A stretch of DNA of 64,000 bases, taken from positions 558,625 to 622,624 of the forward strand of contig CAWAHW010000007.1 of assembly GCA_963781885.1 (NCBI GenBank), written 5' to 3'. Each line of letters opens with the position of its first letter. Within the stretch, counting starts at the first letter, position 1. Below the pieces are notes generated by a model, which worked only from the letters and a program-made list of their open reading frames with translations, searched no databases and was not told where the DNA came from. This DNA comes from an uncultured Spirochaetota bacterium (lineage in GTDB: Bacteria; Spirochaetota; Spirochaetia; SZUA-6; Fen-1364). This document shows, piece after piece, positions 1-9,239 of this stretch. The position numbers were made by a program, and so were the translations under genes.

Positions 1-53
1 CCGCGGAAGAAGACCTTTTCAACCAATCTCTGGTAGGACGCGTGGACGTGCAT
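1..53 (-). CDS. 5' end of an unidentified gene (MHVHASYQRLVEKVFFR...), third gene of the mgtA operon, truncated by the window edge
   Basis: ATG at 53 (minus strand) preceded by GAGGAGG, 9 nt after the PTS-IIA stop; the frame is open to the window edge. Confidence 0.55.
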   Translation of the reverse strand, partial: MHVHASYQRLVEKVFFR

Positions 54-62
54 GACGCCTCC

Positions 63-875
63 TCAGCCTGCGGGCTTCTTCTGGTTTCCCAGCCGCACGG
101 CAATGCAATCGTAGAACAGGCGGTCGGGAAGATAGGAGGAGACCGATCGCGTGATGATCCGGTAGCCCGCCTTGTCGAATGGCGCCCGCGCGGCCAGGAG
201 CGCACCCATGTCGGGTGCGTTTTCCATCTGGGCGATCAGCGCGGCATCCTGCGCGAGCACGATCGGCTTCGCGCCTGGCTGCGTCACCACCGACAGGGGC
301 ACGAGGTCGAGCGCTGCCAAGACATCGGCGGGCAGGGACTCGGCAAGCTCGGAGACCGCCTGCTTGGCCTCCAGCTGGATCATGCGCGCCTTGGCGTCAG
401 GGATGGCGCTCTCCACGGCGGCCGTGAGAAGGTCGATGAGCCGGTGACGGACCTCGCCGAGGTCCCGGGCGCTGGACAGCTCGCCGAGGGCGGGATTTTT
501 CTTGATCGCCTTGGCAAGGCCCGAGATCTCGCGGAGGTAGGTGTTCTTCTGCGAGTCGGGGATGTAGTGCATGACGACGATGCGCACCGGCATATCGTCC
601 GGCGCGCCGTACGCGATGCCCGTCGGGCTCCATCCGATCGCGCAGAATAGCTCCCCGTCGCCCGTCACCCTTCCGTGCGGACAGGCCCAGCCGTGACCGA
701 TGCCCGTGTTGGCGGCGTTTTCCCGGTTCATCACGGCGGCGTTGAAGTCCAGGCCGGCCCTGAAATCGGGTATCGCCTCGATCAGCGTGCCCAGGTACTG
801 CAGGCTCTTTTCCTTGTCGGCCTCGGGAAGCTCGATGAGCCGCCCCTCCTGCAGGGCATCCAAAAGGCTTTTCAT
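63..875 (-). CDS. PTS EIIA-type (fructose/mannitol/Ntr family) domain protein with C-terminal extension
   Basis: REnaanTGIGHGWACPHGR phospho-His motif; GIAYGAPDDMPV motif; ATG at 875 with GGAGG RBS. Confidence 0.85.
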   Translation of the reverse strand: MKSLLDALQEGRLIELPEADKEKSLQYLGTLIEAIPDFRAGLDFNAAVMNRENAANTGIGHGWACPHGRVTGDGELFCAIGWSPTGIAYGAPDDMPVRIVVMHYIPDSQKNTYLREISGLAKAIKKNPALGELSSARDLGEVRHRLIDLLTAAVESAIPDAKARMIQLEAKQAVSELAESLPADVLAALDLVPLSVVTQPGAKPIVLAQDAALIAQMENAPDMGALLAARAPFDKAGYRIITRSVSSYLPDRLFYDCIAVRLGNQKKPAG

Positions 876-972
876 GCGCGTCCCTCCGATGGCCTGCCCC
901 GTGCAAGCCCGCTGCATTCCTTCCCATCCGGGAAGCGCCGTGCCGCACACGGGATGACGCCCCGGCTCGTCA

Positions 973-3585
973 TCAATCGACCCCGAACTTTTTGAAGAAC
1001 CAGGTCTTTACGAGGTGGGTGAACGCGCAATACACGACGAGGAAACCCGCGATCCACGCCCAGTAGATTGCCGGCAGGGGAACGAAGCCGAGCAGATTCG
1101 CCAGCGGCGGGATGTATGGCAGGGCGATGCCGATGGCCATGACAAGGAGCGTGAAGAAGAGCATGACCGGGCTTGCCCGGCTCTGGATGAAGGGTATCTT
1201 TCGCGTGCGGATCACGTGCACGATGAGCGTCTGGGTGAGGATGGATTCCACGAACCATCCCGTGTGGAACAGGGATTCGTCGTACGCCTTCATGGCCGGG
1301 CTGGCGCCCGCGGCGGTGAAGGCAATGCAGCCGAAGAAATAGAGCATCAGGAAGTACGTGGCGTAGTCGAATATCGAGCTCATGGGACCGATGAAGTACA
1401 TGAATCGACGGATGTTGCCGATGTTCCATTTCCTGGGCTTCGTCGTGAACTCGGGGTCCACGCGGTCCGAGGGTATGCCGATTTGGGACACGTCGTAGAG
1501 CATGTTGTTCGTGAGGACCTGGATGGGAAGCATGGGCAGGAAGGGCAGGAAGAGGCTCCCCCCCAGCACGCTGAACATGTTGCCGAAATTGGAGCTCGCC
1601 CCCATGCGGATGTACTTGATGATGTTCCCGAAGACCTTGCGGCCTTCGATGATGCCGTCGTCCAGGACGAGGAGGCTCTTTTCCAGCAGAACGATGTCCG
1701 CCGCTTCCTTGGCGACGTCCACGGCGGTGTCCACGGAAATTCCCACGTCCGCCTTCTTGAGGGCGGGGGCGTCGTTGATGCCATCCCCCATGAACCCCAC
1801 GACGTGGCCGTGGCTCTGGAGCGCGTGGATGACCTGCTCCTTCTGCGTGGGGGAAAGGCGCGCGAGGACCGTGGCCTTCTCCGCGGCCTCCACGAGCTGC
1901 TCCGGGGTGAGGCCCTGGAGCTGCGGGCCCGTCACAAGGTGCTCCACGTCGATGCCGACGTCCTTGCAGACCTTGCGGGTGACAAGATCGTTGTCGCCGG
2001 TGAGGATTTTCACCGCAATGCCCGCGTCCTTCAGGGCCTTCAGGGATTGCGCCGTTGTCTCCTTGGGTGGATCGAAGAACGCGATATAGCCCAGCAGGAT
2101 CATGTCGCTTTCGTCCGCGGCGGAGAATGTCGTCTTCTCCCGGGTGAACTCCCGGTAGCCGATGGCGAGCACCCGGTAGCCGTCCGCGCTCAACGCCTCA
2201 TAGTCCTCCAGCACGTCCTGGCGGATCATGTCGATGAGGGGGAGCACGTCGTCCTCCACCTGGTAGGAGGAGCAGACCTTGAACACGTCTTCCACGGCGC
2301 CCTTGCAGATGAGGACGTTTTCTCCTTCGTACTCCACGACCACCGACATGCGCTTGCGCGTGAAGTCGAAGGGTATCTCGTCCACCTTCTTGCACCGGCG
2401 CTCCACCTCGAACTCGCCGTGCGCGAGCACCGCCCTGTCCAGCAGATTGCGCAGGCCCGTCTGGTAGAAGCTGTTCATGTACGCGTAGCGCAGGACCTCG
2501 TCGCTCTGCTTGCCCGAGACGTCGACGTATTTTTCCAGGATGACCCGATCCTGGGTGAGGGTGCCGGTCTTGTCTGTGCACAGCACGTCAATGGCGCCGA
2601 AGTTCTGGATGGAGTTGAGACGCTTGACGATGACCTTTTTCTTGGACATCGCCAGGGCGCCCTTGGCGAGGTTCACCGTCACGATCATGGGGAGCATTTC
2701 CGGGGTAAGCCCCACGGCCACGGCCAGGCCGAAGAGGAGGGCGTCCATCCAGTTGTGCTTCGTGATGCCGATGATGAGGAACACGATGGCCACCATGACC
2801 ACCATGAACTGGATCATGAGCCACGTGAACCCCGAGATGCCCTTGTCGAAGCTCGTCTTCGAGCGCTGGCCGGCGAGCTTGCGCGTGATCGTGCCGAAAT
2901 AGGTGCGGGCCCCGGTGTTGACCACGACGCCCCGCGCGGTTCCCGAGAGCACGTTCGTTCCCTGGAAACAGGCGTTGGGAAGCTCCAGCGCCGCCTTCAT
3001 GCCCGCGGGAGCCGTCGTGGTCTTCTCCACCGGCATGGACTCCCCGGTGAGCGCGCTCTGGCTCACGAAAAAATCCTTGGTGGCCACCAAGCGCAGGTCC
3101 GCGGGCACCAGGGAGCCGGCGTCCAGAACGACGATGTCGCCGGGCACGATCTGGGCAAGCGGAATCTCGGACTCCTTGCCGTCGCGCATGACGTTCACCG
3201 TCGTGCGGACCATGGCCTGGAGCTGCTCCACGGCCCGGCCCGACCTCTCCTCCTGGAGGGAAGAGAGCCCCACGCTGATGAGCACCATGCCCCCGACGAC
3301 GATGGTGGAGCGCAGGTCGCCCATGATGAAGGACACCCCGGCGATGATCAGAAGCTGGATGACCAGGGGATTTGCAAATCTGTGATAGGTGCGGAGGAGC
3401 AGGCCCCCCTGCTTCGTGATCACTTCGTTCGGGCCGAACTCCCGAAGCTTGTCTTCCGCCTCTTCACTCGACAACCCCGCATCGCGGGTCGTCATGCGGC
3501 CAAGGCATTCCTCCGCGGAAAGCCCGCAGGCCTCCAGCAGAACCCTCTCCTGATCCGTTGTCACGGTTTCGGCGGGTTTTCGCAT
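973..3585 (-). CDS. mgtA: Magnesium-translocating P-type ATPase
   Basis: TGES, DKTGTLT, TGDN and GDGIND motifs; MgtA-specific LTPEMLP, ASSNFGNMFS and FHTGWFVES. Confidence 0.95.
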   Translation of the reverse strand: MRKPAETVTTDQERVLLEACGLSAEECLGRMTTRDAGLSSEEAEDKLREFGPNEVITKQGGLLLRTYHRFANPLVIQLLIIAGVSFIMGDLRSTIVVGGMVLISVGLSSLQEERSGRAVEQLQAMVRTTVNVMRDGKESEIPLAQIVPGDIVVLDAGSLVPADLRLVATKDFFVSQSALTGESMPVEKTTTAPAGMKAALELPNACFQGTNVLSGTARGVVVNTGARTYFGTITRKLAGQRSKTSFDKGISGFTWLMIQFMVVMVAIVFLIIGITKHNWMDALLFGLAVAVGLTPEMLPMIVTVNLAKGALAMSKKKVIVKRLNSIQNFGAIDVLCTDKTGTLTQDRVILEKYVDVSGKQSDEVLRYAYMNSFYQTGLRNLLDRAVLAHGEFEVERRCKKVDEIPFDFTRKRMSVVVEYEGENVLICKGAVEDVFKVCSSYQVEDDVLPLIDMIRQDVLEDYEALSADGYRVLAIGYREFTREKTTFSAADESDMILLGYIAFFDPPKETTAQSLKALKDAGIAVKILTGDNDLVTRKVCKDVGIDVEHLVTGPQLQGLTPEQLVEAAEKATVLARLSPTQKEQVIHALQSHGHVVGFMGDGINDAPALKKADVGISVDTAVDVAKEAADIVLLEKSLLVLDDGIIEGRKVFGNIIKYIRMGASSNFGNMFSVLGGSLFLPFLPMLPIQVLTNNMLYDVSQIGIPSDRVDPEFTTKPRKWNIGNIRRFMYFIGPMSSIFDYATYFLMLYFFGCIAFTAAGASPAMKAYDESLFHTGWFVESILTQTLIVHVIRTRKIPFIQSRASPVMLFFTLLVMAIGIALPYIPPLANLLGFVPLPAIYWAWIAGFLVVYCAFTHLVKTWFFKKFGVD

Positions 3586-3641
3586 GGGTTATCTCTACTC
3601 CCCGAATGGGGGAGAGTCAAGTGAAGACGCATAAAAACCCG

Positions 3642-3679
3642 AAAAAATCCCTCCAAGATCAGCGCACGGGATGGGAGGG
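3642..3679 (-). terminator. Attenuator-like intrinsic terminator in the mgtA leader
   Basis: Minus strand CCCTCC...GGAGGG stem followed by ATTTTTT; the loop is long, so the stem is modest. Confidence 0.45.
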
Positions 3680-3757
3680 GGACCCCCGCTGGTTTCGATC
3701 TGCCGAAACAAACCGTATCGCGCGTACGCGCACGGAAGATGCGTTAGTGGGCTCCAT
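3659..3757 (-). CDS. Candidate mgtA leader peptide (32 aa, MEPTNASSVRVRAIRFVSADRNQRGSPSHPVR)
   Basis: Short ORF in the mgtA 5' leader with weak SD (AAGGT); MEP start like enterobacterial MgtL; stop codon lies inside a terminator-like hairpin. Confidence 0.4.
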   Translation of the reverse strand: MEPTNASSVRVRAIRFVSADRNQRGSPSHPVR

Positions 3758-3782
3758 GAGCGGACCTTGCGCGGCGGCAGTG

Positions 3783-5117
3783 CTATGAATCGGGGATCGT
3801 TTCCGGCGCGACGCGCAGCTCGTGCAGATCGAGGCCGATCGGTCGGGGCGCGTCGGCGCGCCGGCGGGGGGCGAGCTTCCACTCGGGGCTGTCCAGGTGA
3901 TCGCGCGTGCGGAAGTACCGCGCTTTCGCTTCAAGCGCGCTGGGGCTTTCGATGGTGACCTGGCGGAACTGGAACGAAAGGTTCGAGTCGTCGGTGAGGA
4001 GGTCCTTCACGCTGTCCACCTGCGCGGCGGAGACCCCTGCCATGCCGAGTATCTCCCCGATGCCCAGCGGCAGGTTGCACGGCTTCGTGCCCGCAAGGGA
4101 TATCCTCTCCTCCAGGAGCTTGTTCTCCAGCAGCACGTAGACGCGCGTCACGGGGTTTTCATAGACCCGCGCGCGCAGCCGGATGAATGTGAACCATAGC
4201 CGCTGGCTCAGGGTGACGAGGATCTTGCCGACGGTCGCGGGGGACTTCTGGAAGATTGTGGCAAGCGATGCACGGGACACCGGCAGCAGCAGGCTCTCGC
4301 CGGTGCTGATGGCCGCCGCGCTGCGGGGCGCGCTGGAGATGATGGCGAGCTCGCCGAATATGTCCCCCTCCCGCAGGATGGAGAGCAGGACCTCCTCCGG
4401 CGGCGTGACCTTCAGGATCTCCACCTTCCCCGACTTGATGACGAAAAGCTCGTCGCCGGGCTCGTGCTCGCAGAAGATCATCTGCCCGTCGTCGAAGACG
4501 CGGCAGAGGCCCTTCTGCCGGACCGGCACCGGCGTCACGCCCTTTGCTTTCGCCGCTGCGAGCATCTTCGCCGCGTCGGCGGCGTGCATGCCTTTGGGAA
4601 ACCGGGCGGCGTAGGCCTGGAGGGCGTGCACGGCGTAGATCATCCGGCCCTTGTCGGCGAAATAGCGGGCCTGGGCAAAGAGGTGGCCTTCATCATCGGC
4701 GGCGTTCGCCTCATCGGAGGGGGAGGTCATGGCGTCGTCGTAGGCGCGCAGCTCCTGCGCGAAGTAGGAGATGATCCTGCCCGCCAGCTCGGGGTTGGAC
4801 TGCACCGACTCGAGAAACCGGTCGCGCCCCAGCACGGCGCAGGTGCAGTCGGTGCGCGCGATTGCCGTTTCCATGCGCGGCCGCCGACAGAGGCACGACG
4901 TGAAACCGAATATGTCGCCCGGGCCCAGGATGCTCCTGAACCGGGGGATGCCGGGTGTGCCGGACAGGGCGACCTCGCCCGTCTCGACGATATAGACCTC
5001 GTCGCTCTCCTCGTCCGATTCGATGTAGAAAAGCGCGTCCTTATGGAAGCTTTTCGTCCCTGCGTCGCCCATGATTGTCCCCATGAAGAGTGTAGGCGAC
5101 CCGTCTTGTGCTGTCAA
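3783..5117 (-). CDS. Tandem cyclic-nucleotide-binding domain protein (Crp/Fnr-like); true start may be ATG at 5084 or 5072
   Basis: Two cNMP domains (GDIFG..PRMETA; GDIFGELAI..PRSAAA) separated by a TPR-like helix pair. Confidence 0.85.
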   Translation of the reverse strand: MTAQDGSPTLFMGTIMGDAGTKSFHKDALFYIESDEESDEVYIVETGEVALSGTPGIPRFRSILGPGDIFGFTSCLCRRPRMETAIARTDCTCAVLGRDRFLESVQSNPELAGRIISYFAQELRAYDDAMTSPSDEANAADDEGHLFAQARYFADKGRMIYAVHALQAYAARFPKGMHAADAAKMLAAAKAKGVTPVPVRQKGLCRVFDDGQMIFCEHEPGDELFVIKSGKVEILKVTPPEEVLLSILREGDIFGELAIISSAPRSAAAISTGESLLLPVSRASLATIFQKSPATVGKILVTLSQRLWFTFIRLRARVYENPVTRVYVLLENKLLEERISLAGTKPCNLPLGIGEILGMAGVSAAQVDSVKDLLTDDSNLSFQFRQVTIESPSALEAKARYFRTRDHLDSPEWKLAPRRRADAPRPIGLDLHELRVAPETIPDS

Positions 5118-5120
5118 ATC

Positions 5121-5180
5121 GCGCTACGGTAGTCCGTGGCATTCATGCGCCACGGTAGTCCGTGGCATTGCGCCACGGAC
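5121..5180. repeat. Short tandem repeat of alternating inverted GCCACGG/CCGTGGC heptamers
   Basis: gcgcYacggtagtccgtggcatt occurs twice plus a partial third copy; perfect 9-bp stem gtccgtggc/gccacggac. Confidence 0.8.
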
Positions 5181-5252
5181 GTGCACCGGAGCCGGTGGGC
5201 CCGGGCGCGTTGACTTGCGGCTGAGCGGGCGCGCGTGCGATAGTGACAGGCC

Positions 5253-6209
5253 ATGAGCAGGCTGGAAGATCTCCTGGGCGTCGTTGCGGACCGTCGACCC
5301 GTCTACGTGCAGACGCACGATTTTCCCGATCACGATGCTGTTGCGTCGGCCTTTGGCATGCAGGGCGTGCTCGCCCGGCGGGGCATACCGTCCCGCATCG
5401 TCCATGCCGGGGAGATCCAGCGCGACTCCCTGCGCCGCATGATCCGAGACCTCGGGATCGACGTCACGCACGCCGCGGACGTGCACATGTCCGACGCGGA
5501 TCCCGTCATCATCGTGGACGGCTGCAAGGGAAACAAGAACGTGACCGATCTTCCCGGCGACGAGGTGGCGGTGATCGACCATCACGACGTGAAGAGCCCC
5601 GACAATGTGCCATTCGTCGACATCCGCCCGGACCGTGGCGCCTGCGCGACGCTTCTCTGCGACTACTGGGCGGAGGCAGGGGAGAGCATCCCCGGTCCCG
5701 TGGCAACGGCGCTCATGATCGGCATCAACATGGACACCGCGCTTCTCACGCGCCAGGTGAGTCGCTGGGACATCCAGGCCTACGCGGACCTCTACGTGCG
5801 CGCCGATCTGCGCCTGGAAAACTCCATCCTGCGCAACACGATCCAGACCAAGGATCTCGCCTTCTATCGACAGGCCCTCAAGAATGTCGAGATTCGAGAC
5901 CGCATGGCATTCTGCTGGTTCCCCGAGGGCTGCAACCAGAACCTCCTCGGCATACTCGGGGACTTCTTCATCAGTCTCGAGGAGGCGGAGTTCGTCGTGC
6001 TCTGCGCCCGCAACGCGAATGTCATCAATGTCTCCGTTCGCAGCGAGCGGGAAGACTGGAACGCCTCCCGGGTCGTTCAGAAGGCTCTCGACGGCATCGG
6101 TTTCGGCGGCGGCCACGCGGACATGGCGGGCGGCATGATCCGCGAGCTCGCCGGCGTGGACGGTGAAGTCCTGCAGGCGCGTTTCAGGGAAGTCCTGGCC
6201 GCCGGATAG
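5253..6209 (+). CDS. DHH/DHHA1 family phosphoesterase (NrnA/Pde2-like)
   Basis: HDFPDHDAVASA, IIVD, IDHH, DT and GGGH motifs. Confidence 0.9.
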   Translation: MSRLEDLLGVVADRRPVYVQTHDFPDHDAVASAFGMQGVLARRGIPSRIVHAGEIQRDSLRRMIRDLGIDVTHAADVHMSDADPVIIVDGCKGNKNVTDLPGDEVAVIDHHDVKSPDNVPFVDIRPDRGACATLLCDYWAEAGESIPGPVATALMIGINMDTALLTRQVSRWDIQAYADLYVRADLRLENSILRNTIQTKDLAFYRQALKNVEIRDRMAFCWFPEGCNQNLLGILGDFFISLEEAEFVVLCARNANVINVSVRSEREDWNASRVVQKALDGIGFGGGHADMAGGMIRELAGVDGEVLQARFREVLAAG

Positions 6210-6374
6210 CGTGGGCTTCGCGGCCTGCCGCGATGACGACCCCCCCCCGATGATTGGCGCCATGTCCTCGCCTCCGGGCGGATTGATGATGTCGCTGCCA
6301 ATGATCCATATCCGACGGATGACGGACGACATGAGCGAGTTGACACGGCCGGACAGGCCGCGCAAGATCGGGCC

Positions 6375-7724
6375 ATGTTGGACCTGGCATCACTGAATGC
6401 ATCCCGCAAGGAAGACCGGCTGGACGCGCTTCGCCGCGTGGCAAAGCCGCGGCCCGGGGGCGTGCGACGCTTCCAAGAGGGGCAGGAGGTGAATTGCCAC
6501 GTTCATTCCTTCTATTCATTCAGCCCTTATTCGCCTTCCGCAGCCGCGGCGTGCGCCCAAGCGGCCGGGCTTGCAGCGGTCGGCATCATCGATCACGACA
6601 CCATGGCTGGTGCGGCGGAGATGCGCGCGGCAGGATCGATACTCGGCATCGCGACCACGGCGGGGGTGGAGCTCCGCGTCGATGCAGGAGGAACGAAGCT
6701 CGAGGGCAGGCGGATCAACAATCCCGACTCGCTGGGCATTCTCTACATGATCATCCACGGGGTGCCCGCGCGGAGCGATGCGGCGGTCCAGGATTTTCTC
6801 GCCCCCCTGCGGTCCGCCCGGGAGAGCCGCGGCCGGCGCATGCTGGCGGGCATCAACGACATGCTCCCCGGTCTCGGTCTTCCGCGCCTGGATTGGGAGA
6901 GGGACGTCCGGCCGCTCTCGCGTGCCGACGAGGGCGGGACCATCACGGAGCGCCACATCCTCTTCGCTTTGGCGCGCGCGGTGGTGGAAAAGGCCGGACG
7001 CGGCCTGGCGCTCATCGCTTATCTCCGCGATTCACTCGGCCTCGCTCCGCGCGGGCGCATCGCCGACTGGCTCGCCGACGCGGGCAACGACTTCCTGCTC
7101 TATGACCTGCTCGGTCTGTTGAAGGGGTCGTTTCTTGAGAAGGTGTTTCTCCAGCCGGATTCCCGGGAATGCATGCATGTGACTGAGGTCGTGCGTTTTG
7201 CGGAGGAGATCGGCGGCATCCCCACCTACCCCTATCTCGGCGACGTGACGGATTCCCCCACGGGCGACAAGAAGGCGGAGAGCTTCGAAGACAGCTACCT
7301 CGACGAGCTCATGGAGGAGGTCGGAAGGCTCGGATTCAGGGCGATCGCCTACATGCCGCCGCGCAACACGATGGAGCAGCTTCGCCGCGTCCAGGCAATC
7401 TGCCGTGCGCGCGGCTTCATGGAGATCAGCGGCGTCGACATCAACAGCCCGCGGCAGTCGTTCACCTGCCCCGAGCTCCTTCTCCCCGAGTTCTCGCACC
7501 TTGCGGATGCCACGTGGGCGTTGATCGCGCATGAGAGGCGAGCGGACAACGATCCCCGCGACGGGCTTTTCCGCGACGACAATCCCCTCGCGCCTCTTTC
7601 ACTCGCGCGGCGCATCAAGACTTACGCCGCGGCGGGCAGGGCGATGGATCCATCCGACGACCCGCCCGCGGCTGCTCCCCATCCCGCGCCGGACTCCGGG
7701 GGGCACGGAGGCGTCCAAACATAG
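6375..7724 (+). CDS. PHP domain protein
   Basis: HVHSFYS, IIDHDT, GVEL and SGVD metal-binding motifs of the PHP family. Confidence 0.85.
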   Translation: MLDLASLNASRKEDRLDALRRVAKPRPGGVRRFQEGQEVNCHVHSFYSFSPYSPSAAAACAQAAGLAAVGIIDHDTMAGAAEMRAAGSILGIATTAGVELRVDAGGTKLEGRRINNPDSLGILYMIIHGVPARSDAAVQDFLAPLRSARESRGRRMLAGINDMLPGLGLPRLDWERDVRPLSRADEGGTITERHILFALARAVVEKAGRGLALIAYLRDSLGLAPRGRIADWLADAGNDFLLYDLLGLLKGSFLEKVFLQPDSRECMHVTEVVRFAEEIGGIPTYPYLGDVTDSPTGDKKAESFEDSYLDELMEEVGRLGFRAIAYMPPRNTMEQLRRVQAICRARGFMEISGVDINSPRQSFTCPELLLPEFSHLADATWALIAHERRADNDPRDGLFRDDNPLAPLSLARRIKTYAAAGRAMDPSDDPPAAAPHPAPDSGGHGGVQT

Positions 7725-7728
7725 AACA

Positions 7729-7746
7729 GAACGTTATATAACGTTC
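7729..7746. promoter_or_regulatory. Perfect 18-bp palindrome GAACGTTATATAACGTTC, candidate repressor operator upstream of the efflux operon
   Basis: Exact inverted symmetry, AT-rich, intergenic position. Confidence 0.6.
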
Positions 7747-7817
7747 ACCGTCGGTCTATGGTGAAATCAGGGTGACCTTTGTATGTTCGTTTCATGCGAA
7801 AGGTTCAGGCATTGAAC

Positions 7818-9224
7818 ATGAAAGGCGCGATTCCGATCGCTGTGCGGCGGCTGGCCGTGTGTGCCGCTCTCCTCTGCATGCCTCTCTTTGCCTCGAATGC
7901 CGACGATCAGACCGTCACGCTCGACCAGGCGGTCCAGCAGGCGCTCGCAACCGGCCCCGACATCAGGCTGTCCAACGCGACCATCGGCACGGCACAGTCG
8001 CAGTACGCGGCGGCGGTTGCTGCAAACTCCTTCGGTTTGAACGGGACGGGAGACATCAGCCACACCGAAGCCGGCACGCTGCGCAGCAATGGGCAGATCG
8101 CCAGCAACCCGTACGACTCCGCCGACGCAGGGGTCAGCGTCAGCGGCCCTCTCTCCACCGCCGTGAGCGTCACCGCTTCGCAGGCCCTTTTCGAGAACAC
8201 GACCCCGTTGAACCAGGCATCGCAGCTCCACGCGGGAGCGAGCTCCACTCTCTGGGACGGTTATCCCGGGGGAAGCGCGCGAGCGGCGGTCCAGCAGGCA
8301 TCCCTGAGCCTCCAGGTCACGCAGTCCGGCGAGAACGCCAATCAGAAGAACATCGTCTACCAGATCAAGCAGGCGTACTATACGCTCCTGGCCCAGCAGA
8401 GGCAGCTTGCCATCTTCCAGCAGACCCTGGAGCAGCGCCAGGAAGAGCTCAAGAAGACACAGGCGCTCTTCGACGCCCAGAGCGCCAACCAGATCGACCT
8501 GAAACAGGCACAGGTCAACCAGACGCAGGCGGACCTCGACCTCAAGAAGGCGCAAGATACCCTGGAGATAGACCGTGAGCTGCTGTCGGCGCTCGTAGGC
8601 TGGCCCATCGAGCGGCAGTATTCCGTGGCAGAAGTGCCTGACATGCCCGTTGCTTCGATGGACGTGGCCGAAGCGGTGAAAACCGCGCTTGCCCAGCGAG
8701 CTGACCTGAAACAGTCGATGCTCAATCTTGCCGCCGGGGACATTTCCGTCGCCCTGGCAAAAGCCAAAGGATCGCCCGTGGTGAAGGCCAACGGGACGTT
8801 CGACTACTACGTGAACTGGTCCAATCCCGTTTCCACGAGCACGGGCTGGGGCGCCGGCGTGAGCGTGAGCATGCCCGTGCTGGACGCGGGCGCCACGGCG
8901 GCGGCCGTGAAACAGGCGCAGCTGGCGAACGAGACCTTGAAAATCCAGCAGGAAAAGCTCGTGGCAAGCATCAGCACAAGCGTCAAGAACGCGATCTATT
9001 CGCTGCGGGACCTCCTGGCGCGCGCGGATCTCGCGCAGGCCAGCCTCAATCTCGCACAGAACCAGTATGACCTCGCGCAACTCGAATTCGACAACGGAGT
9101 GCTGGCGAATCTCGACGTCCTGACCGCCTCCGTTGCGCTCACGACGGCGAAGGTGAATCTTGCCACGGCGAAGAGCAATGCACAACTAGGCGTGCTTGCG
9201 CTGCAGAACGCCCTGGGTTATTAG
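7818..9224 (+). CDS. TolC family outer-membrane efflux protein
   Basis: Signal peptide, LTLDQAVQQAL-like start, two OEP repeats, context with MFP and MacB. Confidence 0.9.
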   Translation: MKGAIPIAVRRLAVCAALLCMPLFASNADDQTVTLDQAVQQALATGPDIRLSNATIGTAQSQYAAAVAANSFGLNGTGDISHTEAGTLRSNGQIASNPYDSADAGVSVSGPLSTAVSVTASQALFENTTPLNQASQLHAGASSTLWDGYPGGSARAAVQQASLSLQVTQSGENANQKNIVYQIKQAYYTLLAQQRQLAIFQQTLEQRQEELKKTQALFDAQSANQIDLKQAQVNQTQADLDLKKAQDTLEIDRELLSALVGWPIERQYSVAEVPDMPVASMDVAEAVKTALAQRADLKQSMLNLAAGDISVALAKAKGSPVVKANGTFDYYVNWSNPVSTSTGWGAGVSVSMPVLDAGATAAAVKQAQLANETLKIQQEKLVASISTSVKNAIYSLRDLLARADLAQASLNLAQNQYDLAQLEFDNGVLANLDVLTASVALTTAKVNLATAKSNAQLGVLALQNALGY

Positions 9225-9239
9225 GCAGAGGAGCCGATC

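Noticed and set aside
1015-3624. Long antisense ORFs (for example 1015-3624, 7767-9185, 44101-46017, 46011-47834, 55201-56826)
   Set aside because: They are shadow frames opposite well-supported genes, as expected from high GC3 codon bias, and carry no motifs
3586-3780. M-box (ykoK) riboswitch upstream of mgtA
   Set aside because: No conserved M-box sequence blocks were recognisable by eye; an Infernal search is needed to exclude it fully
5121-5180. Possible mini-CRISPR
   Set aside because: Only about 2.4 units, no spacer-length unique sequences and no cas genes
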